64,000 bases of DNA from Tubulanus polymorphus (taxonomy: Eukaryota; Animalia; Nemertea). Shown piece after piece: positions 13,401-25,185 of this stretch. Position 1 is the first letter of the stretch. Each line of letters starts with the position of its first letter. The stretch is taken from the NCBI RefSeq assembly GCF_964204645.1, contig NC_134034.1, positions 13,281,062 through 13,345,061 of the forward strand. Direction: 5' to 3'. Made by a program: the position numbers and the translations under genes. The notes beneath the pieces are model-generated. The model made no database searches. It was not told the origin of the DNA and worked only from the letters and a program-made list of their open reading frames with translations.

Positions 13401-16400
13401 AAACAGTGCCCGATTTTCTTATGCTTTATATTACGTAGCGATGTATTCCTGAAGATGATTTTTAGGATATAGTCAGTGAGGAAGATGGAGAGAAAATTTC
13501 CTAATATCTAATGTCATATAATCACTGGTAGACTAATATAAATCTCAGTAGAGTGAAATTTAGCAAAATCCAAAGTTGATGACCTTATTCTAGTCTAACA
13601 GTTGCGGAGTTCATCTATTAAAAAGAAGTAACCTTCCTTAGTAATATATTTACAAATTGCTGCATATTATATCATAGTTTCTGTTATGATGGAGTTTAGT
13701 CAAAACTTTGAAACTCTCAGACTAGAAAATAATTAAGTCATCAAATGTGAGTTTAGCTTATATATCTTATACAATGTCAAAATGATAGATGTAAATATGT
13801 AGCTTATGACAGGTTTTTACTCACCTGGGGTATGACAGGTTCTTACTCACCTGGGGTATGACACGTTTTTTATAATCCTCGTATTCATCGGGGCTGAACA
13901 GAACTCCGCCGTCGTCGTCGCCAACTATTCTACAAAAATAGAATATCGCCATTCTAGAAACATGCTACACGTCGTAAAACCACGCTATCACAAGGCTAGA
14001 ACACCGACAAAAACGAGTCGAATTTTTCCGGAGTTTTTTGAAGAAACGAATCTGAAAAAGATGATGCAATTTCCCAGAAGATGAGCGTCCAAGGGTTTTT
14101 AGGATCTCTGTTTTGACGTCCGGGACAACCTCCTACCTTCGCCCCCCCCCCCCCCCGCAGATCAGCCATGACCAGCTTAACCGAGCCCGTAGAACGGCGA
14201 ATATAATCCGTCGAAAAAGCTTCACTGAAATCCCTACATTATATATTGTTAAAAACCATTAAAAGCGGGATAATGATATTGCCAACATTTTATTTTTCTC
14301 AAACGATACATTCAATGTTTCGTACGTTCTATATAGATTTTAGATTTTAAAAAAATATTAATCAGCAAGGATTAAACATATTATTCATTGAAGCAAGTTA
14401 AGTTCATGGTGCGTCGCGGTAGCCCATTTTCGACAACAACTGTTCCGATATCGTCGATGTTTTCGTCGTCGAGGTTTTCGTCAGTGAAATGAAGTAGGTT
14501 CCGGCTACGCTTACGCTACATATTGAGCTACCTACGAACAGGATACAAGTACTGTTCCGCTCGAAAAAACGAAATGAACCGCATTTATCGGCGGCTGTAG
14601 CTCGACTGCACAGTAGCGCGCATTCGAAAAAACTTCGCGTTTCGTTCAGAACGGCGACTATGCGTTGATTTGGCACCAGTTGGAATTCATCGCAATCACT
14701 ATCGATAATTTTGTATCTACCCGACACTAGGGTATCCGTGGTTCTAGCTATGGCGTTCACCGTCGTTACCAGCAGTCCTATCACCGCAGACGAAGCCAAT
14801 AGAACGACCATGACCGATAATCTACTCCTTGTTGAAACCATGTCGTAAACGCTGCGAATAAAATGAAGTTCGTGCCCGTTTTCTTTCCGTATGAGAGCAG
14901 TTGCTGCGCAGTTCAAAATTGTTCCGCGTTTCGTACGAATTTATTCCTTAAATTTTCCTGAATATCTGGATCCACGCGACCAACAAAATCGAAACGAGCG
15001 CCAAATACAACGCCCCCTAGTGTTTGTGTGTGTGTGCGTGTGTCAGGTGACTGTTCGCGTGCGGCGGAACCAAATCCGTGTTAGCTTTTCGGAGGATGTT
15101 GATCAGTTTCTGTGGAGTAGGTTGCAGGCTAAGCTTTAATTGTTTCGCTTCGCTTTAGATCACGGGTCCCTGTTACGTTCGAATTACTTGCTATTCTCCG
15201 ACTGGCGCCGATACCTAGGTAGCCTCTGATTCATCCGCACCTGTCAAGGGAGCATTCGAAATACCTCAGCTTAAAAGTCGTTCCCTGGTGGAAGCGAGTT
15301 CCAGCGATACTGGACCTCTGGCAAGCGAGGATACCTTTGTTTGGGCGAGAACTAGCCGGATTACGGATTATCTGGCGATAACTACCTGTAATTAAATGTA
15401 TGCCCGCAGAGCGGACGGTAACCGAATCGTTGGTGGCGGTCGGTAATCTTTTATAATCGGATGAGCGAAACTACCCAATTGTGAAACTAAACCGCAGACA
15501 CAGGATACTGACTAATTAGTCCCAGAGCATCTTTGCAGGATGACGCAGTTACAAAAACCTCAGCTGTAAACAACCCAAAATGATGCCATTTTCTTATTAA
15601 TCCGCGCGTATGATATCGATGCATAAGGCTTTCTTTAGTAGACGATAACCAAACTCTGCAGACGTTTAGAACAGATAATCAGTTTAAAACCCACCCTGTA
15701 GCCTATACAAGATTTAAAGGATTGATGAAAAAGTAGATAAAAACCCACTATGCACAAATAAGAATAATTTTAAAATCGAGAATTTATTTATTCAAAAAAT
15801 CTAAAATGGAATACACGACTTGAAGAGTACATACCTGACGATGATCTCTATGCTGGGATCGAAACGTCGTGTATTTCATTCTATAGATTTTTCTTATAGA
15901 TAAATTCTCGATTTCAAAATTCTTTTAATTTGTACATAGTGGGTTTTTATCTTGTTATCAATTCTCCACGTTTGAGTGTGGTTATCGTACTAGATTGAAT
16001 AAGAATTGAAACGGTTTATCTTTTGAATTTTGTATCTAATAAGTTTTAAACTGATTAGGCTGATTTAATTGTTTAGAAGTTAGATCTGGCGCTTGTAAAT
16101 GCCTGCGCGAGGCTGGGTTGACCTGTTGAAGAAATCTTTTATGGTTTGATCTAGGATTTCTGTAGGGGTGTGGCCCAGGGAAGCAAACAGGGATCATACG
16201 TGCAATGTAACTGTAATGTAAGCCGCGGACACACTGGGCGATTTCGTCGGCCGACGAAATCGGTGAACAGCGCCGCTTATTTTGAAACGACCAGCTGCTA
16301 GCGCCACCTTTAATAAATCAAAGAGCCGTGATTGGCTGGTTAATACGGCGCTCGAGGCGACTGATCGCCGTACCCGGACACACTGGGCGATTCTGTCGCC

Positions 16401-16567
16401 GGCGACGAAATGTAATTTTTTTCATCATCAATTACAATTACAAATAAAATGTATAACAAATAAGTAGATTGATGATGAGTGACCTGAACAGAGCCTTAAA
16501 GGCTGTACAATCACTAGGACGTTCAGGCCCCCTAGAGAAAAAAAAAAAGAAAATTAATGGTAATGAC

Positions 16568-16605
<38 letters not shown>

Positions 16606-16977
16606 TTATAATAATAATGAGGTCAATGATGCCGCTAATGACCACCAGGGGGTGCATTATCATAGATATTTTGTGAAATTCTGAAAAGAATTTAGTGAGA
16701 TTTTTCCACGAAGTTGAACAACGAATTCAAGTAAAGGGCCGCACAACCCTACAATTCTCTTCTATCCCACTGACCCCTTTTTCTGACTGAGACTAAAAAC
16801 TCACCTGCGATATTCAAGATACGCATCGACGTGGGCTCCAGCAGACAATCCCCCCTGCTTACCGAATTGTAGATTATACTGTTGGGGTAAGTCATCGGGC
16901 GGGGGCGGCCCGGCGCTGCCCCCGCGACCACCGCTTGCGCCCCCACGACCCGATCGTCCTGCCGGTCGACCGGACAT
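10421..16977 (-). CDS. FAM221A: FAM221A (DUF4475) protein
   Basis: Exons 16977-16805, 13929-13851, 13225-13131, 12718-12528, 12131-11823, 11042-10924, 10504-10421, all phase-consistent. Motifs VDAYLEYRR|IVGDDDGG, GMDCKMIGPETPCFCTHR, YVPLNGSQPIRCQCKH, YQAMGGLTGFSSLADGYMRLD and MDYFERRYQER match FAM221A as I recall it. Confidence 0.92.
14404..14841 (-). CDS. Intronless secreted PAN/Apple-domain protein nested in a FAM221A intron
   Basis: ATG at 14841, hydrophobic signal (VMVVLLASSAVIGLLVTTVNA), PAN-type pattern SFFECALLC..KCGSFRF..STCILF, Thr/Ser-rich tail. Confidence 0.7.
   Translation of the reverse strand: MVSTRSRLSVMVVLLASSAVIGLLVTTVNAIARTTDTLVSGRYKIIDSDCDEFQLVPNQRIVAVLNETRSFFECALLCSRATAADKCGSFRFFERNSTCILFVGSSICSVSVAGTYFISLTKTSTTKTSTISEQLLSKMGYRDAP
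15232..15333. mobile_element. Internally deleted copy of the ~330-bp 9-bp-TSD MITE
   Basis: Termini catccgcacctgtcaaggg / tggcaagcgaggata; degenerate 9-bp flanks cctctgatt / cctttgttt. Confidence 0.65.
15831..15872 (+). ncRNA. Minimal type I hammerhead ribozyme motif within a Penelope-like inverted fragment (~15735-15995)
   Basis: atac-CUGACGA-u-gaucuc(uaugcu)gggauc-GAA-ACGU-C-gugu: stem I atac/gugu, 6-bp stem II, palindromic ACGU in place of stem III. Confidence 0.7.
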
Positions 16978-17089
16978 ATCTGAAAATTATCAGAAAAAGA
17001 AAATTCAACTTGCCACAACATTAATACGACCAATGTATCTCTACGCTATATTGAAAATATGAGTAGTTGACAGATGAGTAGTTGGGTGT

Positions 17090-17920
17090 AAATATTTCAC
17101 TGAGTTTAGAATCAGGGAACTCGGTAGCGTGTTGGGACTGCTGTAAATATTTCACTGAGTTGAGAATCAGGGAACTCGGTAGCGTGTTGGGACTGCTGTA
17201 AATATTTCACCGAGTTGAGAATCAGGGAACTCGGTAGTGTGTTGAGACTGCTGTAAATATTTCACCGAGTTGAGAATCAGGGAACTCGGTAGCGTGTTGG
17301 GACTGCTGTAAATATTTCACCGAGTTGAGAATCAATGAACTCGGTAGCGTTGGGACTGCTGTAAATATTTCACTGAGTTGAGAATCAGGGAACTCGGTAG
17401 CGTGTTGAGACTGCTGTAAATATTTCACCGAGTTGAGAATCAGGGAACTCTGTAACGTGTTGGGACTGCTGTAAATATTTCACCGAGTTGAGAATCAGGG
17501 AACTCGGTAGCGTTGGGACTGCTGTAAATATTTCACCGAGTTGTGAATCAGGGAACTCGGTAGCGTTGGGACTGCTGTAAATATTTCACCGAGTTGAGAA
17601 TCAGGGAACTCGGTAGCGTTGAGACTGCTGTAAATATTTCACCGAGTTGTGAATCAGGGAACTCGGTAGCGTGTTGGGACTGCTGTTAATATTTCACCGA
17701 GTTGAGAATCAGGGAACTCGGTAGCGTTGAGACTGCTGTAAATATTTCACCGAGTTGTGAATCAGGGAACTCGGTAGCGTGTTGGGACTGCTGTTAATAT
17801 TTCACCGAGTTGAGAATCAATGAACTCGGTAGCGTTGGGACTGGTGTAAATATTTCACCGAGTTGTGAATCAGGGAACTCGGTAGCGTTGGGACTGGTAG
17901 GCTGAATATATTTCACCGAC
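17090..17920 (-). repeat. 53-55-bp minisatellite, reverse orientation of 6780-7547
   Basis: Unit gagttgagaatcagggaactcggtagcgt(gt)tgggactgctgtaaatatttcacc. Confidence 0.97.
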
Positions 17921-19464
17921 TGGATTGAGAATATGGACTAGACTTTAATGGAATTTTTTGTTGTCAGTTTTTTTTTGAGTTCACTGGTACAGAATGAAGG
18001 CATCTTTAAACCGATAAGGCTCAACCAAAATAATTTCTCCCAGCAGGGAGATTAAACGTAGTTCTTCTTCTTGAGTCGCTTGTGTATTTTTTTACAGAAA
18101 TGAGCCTTTTTGGTAAAAGAATTTTCCACCTACCGTTTTTCAAAGCTGTACGGCAGTCTACAGTGTAATGTGTCAGTTTGTTCGTTCTCTGTCACGACTG
18201 GTTTGTTGTTGCTTGGCTTCTCTTGTTCCTGGAAGGCGATACTTTCGACAATAGCCGTGACTGTCGTCAACACCTGAAGGTTCCGAGCTATTACAGTCCA
18301 CAAATCAGTACCTGTCGATCAATTCAATTGTCATTCACAAAAAGTCGCTTAAATTCCTTTCCTTGTTGTTTACATGTTGTCAATGACGCCTGACTAAGCC
18401 GTCCCATTACGCGAAACGTCCCTGTTGGTGAATTAACTAAAACACGTACTCCGGACTCACTGCTGGCAACGCGTACACTGGCATCGGGTCCGACGAATTG
18501 CCTTTAAATTCAGCTTTGTTGACGCCGGGTCAGAAAACCATTCAGAAGAATTCAAATGAATCAAAGTATTCTATACATTTCAGCCAACTTAACTGGTCAA
18601 TGAGATCCGTTAGATTCATTTTATATCCCGATTTTATTCAAATGTTTAAATTAGTGCGGTCACGTGCCACACCACACACAGACTCGGCGTTTGGTGACCG
18701 GTCCGGCACTGGATGTCGACTTGTATTTTGTTAAGGGGCCTTTAATAAAGGCATTGTTATTAATTTAGGGATATTTATAAAGCCGCCCTGGTTTATGGCA
18801 TTACAGTGAGTGTTGAATTCAGTAAATACGAGAATATTTTCTAAAATCGAAAATCTATTTACGTTAGACATCTGTTTAAAATCTAAATTCGCACGGAGGA
18901 TCATTATGGTAAGTACTAGCTATATTTTACATACTCCATATTGTGCCTATTGTTTTAGATGTGCTGGTATACTTTTGGCCTAGCGCGCGGTGATTATTGA
19001 TCGCATCTAAAACTGCTGATTTCTGCGCTATCGGATGGGCACCGTGCGTGATGTATTATAATGGTAAAGTTTAAATTGTTTAGAATTGGCCTATGGACGA
19101 ACATCAGGCGATTTATCGGCTGCTGTTTGTGGAGGTCTAATTAGTCCCATGTGAAAAAAGTGAATCGAATTCCAGTTCAAACTTTGTCGTCCAAAAAGTA
19201 ACCCATGCGTTTGAGGTTTATTCGTAGTTCAAGATACCACCTAGTTTCAAGATGGTGGAATGATTATTGCCGTAGCTAAATTCAGTTTTCTGAAATCTTT
19301 TCAAATTGAAATGTGTAATGCCAAAGACGCCTTGGTTCTCATCGCAGCAACATGAAGAAATCACCAGACGAGGGGGACAGTTTTTTTCACAATAAAACTT
19401 TGCCGAATTCGATGCTGAATATGACCACTGAGCAATTTCCGTTCATATAACGAAGTTAACTCAG

Positions 19465-19985
19465 CTCCACAGTTGTGTGTTTATTTTGACTCTGAACCCA
19501 GTTTCACAGTTGTGTGGGTTTAATCTGACTCTGAATCCAGTTCCACAGTTGTGTGCGTTTAATTTGACTTTGAATCCAGATCCACAGTTGTGTGGGTTTA
19601 ATCTGACTCTGAATCCAGTTCCACAGTTGTGCACCAATTTGACTCTGAATCCAGTTCCACAGTTGTGCGGGTTTAATCTGACTCTGAATCCAGTTCCACA
19701 GTTGTGTGGGTTTAATTTGACTCTGAACCCAGTTCCACAGTTGTGTGTTTATTTTGACTCTGAATCCAGTTCCACAGTTGTGTGTTTATTTTGACTCTGA
19801 ATCCAGTTCCACAGTTGTGTGTTTATTTTGACTCTGAATCCAGCGCCACAGTTGTGTGGGTTCAACTTGACTCTGGATGCAGTTCCACAGTTTTATGGCT
19901 TCAATTTGACTTTTGATCCAGTTCCATAGTTATGTGGGTTTAGTTTGAGTCCAGGTCCAAATCCGCATTTGTGTGGGTCCAATTC
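19465..19985. repeat. 39-bp minisatellite
   Basis: Same unit as 4470-4922. Confidence 0.95.
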
Positions 19986-20175
19986 TACTTCAGATATAGG
20001 CTAGGAATTGTATTTCGAATTCACACTCCGGTCTATATTGATTTCAGCTACAATTGTTCTTGAAATATTTATACAAATGTTTGTTCTATGAAAATGATCT
20101 AGCTGACAGGATTCTAACACTCCAAAAACACTCCAAACACTCAAACACTCAAACACTCCAAAAACCTGAATACGA

Positions 20176-20211
20176 TATAAACAGCCAGTTTTCACATGTT
20201 TTTCATCAGTC
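20176..20211 (+). promoter_or_regulatory. TATA box and initiator of Cys-rich peptide gene A (equivalent at 26978-27012 for gene B)
   Basis: TATAAA at 20176 and TCAGTC at 20206, about 30 bp apart; TATAAG/TCAGTC with the same spacing in paralog B. Confidence 0.6.
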
Positions 20212-20236
20212 GACTCAAAGTAGACAAAATTCCATC

Positions 20237-22015
20237 ATGAATTCCGCTGTAATGGTTTGTGTGGTATTGGCCGTTGCCGCTCCAGGTAAGACTATTACTG
20301 AATTTATACTCACGCGCCATCCTCAACTGTAGGGCCTACGTCATTGCACAGAATTGTCTACACGGTGTCGAAATATCAGATTCTGTAGGTAGAAAATACG
20401 TATTTTTTGGGAAGTGTCAGTATAGCGCTTTATAAACTATAATCATTATTATCATGTACCTTTTTTTACTTTTTCTTCAATAGATGAAGAAAATGTTCGC
20501 ATGATAAATAGATTTGTTCATATTCAAACAGTGATTCAAGCATGAGATGACGCATTTCTCTTCAATTCTCCCGCGCGCGTTAGCGTTCAGAGTCGAACCT
20601 GATGGCATCGCTACACTCAGCCACGGCACGAACCCCTGCCACACTAGACCGGGTGCGCAGATACGTGCGTAACTTTGCCGCACGAAGACTTGCGGCACCA
20701 ATCAGATTGCTTGTTGTATAATCGCTGAGGTAATTTCACGGAAGAACTATAAATGTAAAACCCGGACTAAAATAAAACGGGATATCTGATTGGCTGATAA
20801 TGACATCATCTAAGCTGCGCACTCGGTCTAGTGTGACAGGGTTTCGTACATCTTCACCCGTCAAGGGATGCGAACCCACTACGCTAAAGCTGTTCCCCGA
20901 ACCCCTTGACCTCACGAGTCGTTGGAGTCGTTTATACTAGCCGACCAGAATAAGGTCGGGCCAATCACAGCGCTTGTTACAAACGACATTAGGCATGTAT
21001 GGAATTTCCCGGTAAATGGACCAATCAGCGAACACGTAGCGAACGCGGCAGTATTGTCGCACGTTGATATATGACGTCATGCGCAAAAGCGCCGGTAATG
21101 AAATCGCGCGTCGTGAGGCCAGGGGGCTGGTGGGAAGCGAGTTCGGGAGCGATACCGGACTCCTGGCAAGCGAGGATGGGTTTCGTACCGTGGCGATCTG
21201 GATGCCATCAGGTTCGAATCCCGGCTGGGGGAGGATGCAATTCTGGAGGCAATACACATTTTAGTTTTCTTGTCTTTAAAACGTGGCGACGTAAATTGTT
21301 TATTTATAGTTTTCGATACTTTGTCGCGGGAACCAGCGGCAACGGCGAATTTCACTTAATTTTGATATACCATCGGAAAGCCGGGTTCCACGCGTCATCA
21401 AATCCTCATCAACCCGAATCGGCATCTGGTTGTTTGGAACAGGATACTGTATCGCACTTGTTAGAAATTCGTAGCCTTGTTTGCGAACATGAAATTTGTC
21501 GTGAATTGTTTAATTTATCTTCTAAATATTCATTTTACAGTTATGGTTAGGGCTTCCAGTGACCCGTGTGCGGTAGGTTTCTCTGTGGTATTATGTCCAA
21601 AAACTTTTTTTTTTCAAGAATCGAGATGTTAAAAAGGTGGCTCCAAGCATGTGCGAAAACAATATTTTGAATATCTTTACCTTATTTGCAGGCATTGCAA
21701 GCTGCTCACCCATCAATGATCTGTACTGCAAATGGCATGAGCTGTATTTGCAAAAGTCCTCCGATCGACCCCTGCGCGGTAATTATGAAGTGCACTGCAT
21801 AAACACCTCAGTTGCAGACAGATTATACTCATAGATATTATCGTTTTCAGGCATTGCAATCTACTTACCCATCAATGATTTGTACTGCAAATGGCATGAG
21901 CTGTAGTTGCGCAAATCGCCAGTTCTGGTAGATATTTACATTTTACATTATTTCAAACTGAATTGTTCAATGACAGAACCTTTTTCATCAGCCAATCATC
22001 TTTATTTCTTGCAGA
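20237..22015 (+). CDS. Secreted Cys-rich modular peptide, paralog A (81 aa, 2 modules)
   Basis: Exons 20237-20285, 21541-21572, 21692-21778, 21851-21927; stop completed at 22015 (or TAG if the last intron is retained). MNSAVMVCVVLAVAAPVMVRASSDPCA|ALQAAHPSMICTANGMSCICKSPPIDPCA|ALQSTYPSMICTANGMSCSCANRQF. Canonical splice sites; AATAAA at 22080. Confidence 0.82.
20849..21178. mobile_element. 330-bp Mutator-like MITE nested in a larger MITE (~20590-21237)
   Basis: 15-bp imperfect TIR catcttcacccgtca / tggcaagcgaggatg; perfect 9-bp TSD ggtttcgta (20840-20848, 21179-21187). Confidence 0.88.
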
Positions 22016-23346
22016 CAAAATAGATGAAGAAAATGTTCGCATGTTGAACGGATTTGTTCAGTTATTCAAAGATCGATGTAATAAACATGAGATAACGCGT
22101 TTCTCTTGAATTCTAGCAGTTTTCATTTCTTCATTTCGTTTTTCCTTTTTTCGTATTTCGTACATTTCTGGACCTGTTTTTACAGTTAACGAATAAAACC
22201 CACAGTTACATCAGAGCAACAAAAAATACAATAATCATTATTGTATTTTCGTTCCTCTGAAGATGAGGTTTAGTTTGAACCTCAAACTGAAAGGCAATAA
22301 TCTATTTTAAAAAAATGTCGGAAATCGCGGAAAATGTAAGAACTAAATCAGGGAAAACTCGGCGAATTCGACACGTTTCGCAAAAACCTAAAAATACATG
22401 GAAATCTGATGACGTATTATTGACCAGGCGTTTCTTTACTATTACTAACTTAAGGAGGAAACATTCCGGAATCTCTTATTCGTTCGCATTGCGGGAATTT
22501 CTTATTTTTTTCGCAAATTATCCAGATGAGAGTGCGATCCTGGTATCCGAAGTGTAGTTTTACGACATCGACGGTGCAAGCTCCGATGAGGATGGGTTTC
22601 TCCGTCAAGGGGCGCAGTTGGTCCATCACATCTGATGCTGAGTTTGCCTAAAAGTAACACGGGGGCAGTTTTGTGTTTCTAATACACAGCGCATAGTTAA
22701 TTCCGTGGATGCGTCGCGGTCAAACGGTCAGTGCTATGCGCATCGATAGACTGTCAGTAAGAAAGCGGCACAGGCACGCGAGTTTGATGAATAAAATGAT
22801 AGATCTACAGTCTTGATCGATTCTATTTACAGTTATGATAAAAGCGCACACCGCTCCGATAGGTTGACCGATAGTTCGTAATGAATTATGATACTGAAAG
22901 GTCGTCAGTAAATCATCAAGGCAGCAAGCCCGGTTAATCATTAGTCACCGTTCGTTTTTTAGTATTTTTTAATGAGACCAGTGTCAACCTTCCAGATATC
23001 ACTGCGCGCTTATAAACTGAGCTTACTATCGTGGAGCCGCTTGCGTAGTCATGGCTTAAAGACCAGTCTAAGACCAACTTAGTTCTATTAGCCAATCTAA
23101 CAACTTAAGACCGGTCTTATGATCCAAGACCACTTATGGACTTAAGTCACGACGACTGTGCAACGGCTCCAGAAGCCAAAAACGGAGGCAGTTTTCCAGC
23201 TACCGAGGCAATGAGACTGAGTTGCGTTATAACGGCGGTGCACTGAATGAATAAAGTACAATAGATCGCCAGCACATGGAATGCCCATTCGAGAATTACA
23301 CTTTTCGACTTTTTGACAGTTTGCCACCACGCATTGGAGTATCAGA

Positions 23347-23419
23347 GCCCGGTTAGCTCAGTCGGTAGAGCATCAGGCTTTTAACCTGAGGGTCGCGGGT
23401 TCGAGTCCCCCACCGGGCG
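23347..23419 (+). tRNA. tRNA-Lys (anticodon UUU)
   Basis: 73-nt cloverleaf: acceptor GCCCGGT/ACCGGGC, D arm GCTC/GAGC, anticodon arm TCAGG-CTTTTAA-CCTGA, T loop TTCGAGT. One C:C mismatch in the T stem; T4 run downstream. Confidence 0.92.
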
Positions 23420-23761
23420 TCACATTTTGCCTCATATGATTTTGGATAAGTTCAGCTTTCTTATTTTAGTTCTGAGAAACAGACTTTTAGATACTAGTGA
23501 TGAGTTATACATGCAGTATCAATCATAATGTGATTACAAACAAGGCGAAACATCCATATTGTTACATACATGGTTGGGTGCTTGGACAGCTAATTCAGGT
23601 GTCTCATATGGATCCAAGTTATCAGAAAAAAATGATCAAATCTTAACGAAAATTAAAGCGATTAAAGTTTAAACACGAGATAAAAAAAACTAAGGGAGAG
23701 AGGGGAGAGAGAGGGAGAGAGGGAGAGAGGGTGAGAGGGAGAGAAAGAGATGGTGGCTTAA

Positions 23762-24128
23762 AGAGATGGCGATGGTGCTGATGCTTGTTCTGGGGTTGAG
23801 GATGGTGATGGTGGCTATAGAGATGGCGATGGTGCTGATGCTTGTGCTGGGGTTGAGGATGGTGATGGTGGCTATAGAGATGGCGATGGTGCTGATGCTT
23901 GTGCTGGGGTTGAGGATGGTGATGGTGGCTATAGAGATGGCGATGGTGCTGATGCTTGTGCTGGGGTTGAGGATGGTGATGGTGGCTATAGAGATGGCGA
24001 TGGTGCTGATGCTTGTTCTGGGGTTGAGGATGGTGATGGTGGCTATAGAGATGGTGATGGTGCTGATGCTTGTGCTGGGGTTGAGGATGGTGATGGTGGC
24101 TATAGAGATGGTGATGATGGTGATGGTG
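23762..24128. repeat. 57-bp minisatellite (~6 copies) beside a GA-rich tract
   Basis: Unit gagatggcgatggtgctgatgcttgtgctggggttgaggatggtgatggtggctata. Confidence 0.93.
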
Positions 24129-24231
24129 TTGGTGATTATTGAGGTGGTTGACTATGAAGTTCCCAAGATTTTTTAGGGCTATATTCCGGACCTCGAACAC
24201 CAACCTTTCCGTCCCAGACCCATAGAGGAAT

Positions 24232-25185
24232 CATCCTCCCCGGCAGGGATTCGAACCTGATGGCATCGAGATTGCTACGGTACGAGACCCTGCCACACTA
24301 GCCCGAGTGCACAGCAGCTACACGCGCAGCTTAGATGATGTCATTACAAGCCTGTAGAAGCAATAGTTATAGGGTTTTATGTGTATGGAAAAGATAGTGC
24401 GTGTGCAGTGTGCACGATAGCGCACACTAGATGAGCGCTGGTGCGCACACTGAATGCAAATGGCTCGGGTTACAAGGAGGGAGTACGTTGAAAAGAAAGA
24501 ACAGCATTTAATTACTATAATTAAAATGTAAGGACTTTTAAGATATGGTAAGTGTAGCACAGGAGGGAGTAGAATGGAAGTAGCCGGGATTGATAATACC
24601 AAATAGGGTAAGGATAGAAGTGGGTGAGGTCAGGTTATAGGAATGTGAAAAATGTACAAAATCGTATATAGGTCTTAAGGTTTTTGAAGTTAAGAGACTT
24701 GGGGAGATAAAGCTGAATAGATAAGCAGTAGAGAGAAAATAAAGTAAAGCTTGATCATACCAGATAGTATAGTAGTTAATATCTGCATAAGGAAGAGGCA
24801 GGTCAGCAAAAGGAACCAGTTACATATAAGATGATCCAGCGGCACAGCATCAGTGAGAAGAACGAGGTGACACAACAAGTGGTACAGAGATTGTTAAGTC
24901 CCTTTACAAGTGGTGAAGATCGTTGTACCATTACAATGGTGGAGATTGTCGTACCATAACAAGCCAATCAGGTATCCCGTTATATTTTAGCCCTTGTTTT
25001 CCCATTTATAGTTCTTCCGTGAAATTACCTCAGCGATTGTACAACGAGCAATCTGATTGGTGCCGCAAGTTTTCGTGCGGCAAAGCTGCGCATGTACCTG
25101 CGCATCCGGTCTAGTGTGGCAGGGGTTCGTGCCGTGGCTGAGTGTAGCGATGCCATCAGGTTCGAATCCCTGCCGTGGGATGATG
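24232..25185. mobile_element. Mutator-like non-autonomous TIR element carrying a solo-LTR insertion
   Basis: TIR catcctcccggcagggattcgaacctgatggcatcg / cgatgccatcaggttcgaatccctgccgtgggatgatg; perfect 9-bp TSD tagaggaat (24223-24231, 25186-25194). Confidence 0.9.
24353..24961. mobile_element. Probable solo LTR (609 bp)
   Basis: TGT...ACA termini, 4-bp TSD agcc, internal AATAAA; absent from the homologous MITE copy at 20590-20850. Confidence 0.7.

Noticed and set aside
18370-18475. Possible RFX X-box motifs upstream of FAM221A
   Set aside because: Only imperfect or half sites, and the transcription start is not locatable.
18890-18915. ATG followed by gtaagt, a possible extra + strand first exon
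   Set aside because: No downstream exon could be linked to it with confidence.
20937-21550. ORFs of 92-159 aa in intron 1 of the peptide genes
   Set aside because: They span nested MITEs and are rearranged between paralogs; no transposase motifs.
23643-24203. His-rich ORF (HHRHLYSHHHHPQPQHKHQ)n and its antisense Met/Val-rich ORF
   Set aside because: Explained by a 57-bp minisatellite open on both strands. No signal peptide or convincing gene structure, though expression cannot be fully excluded.
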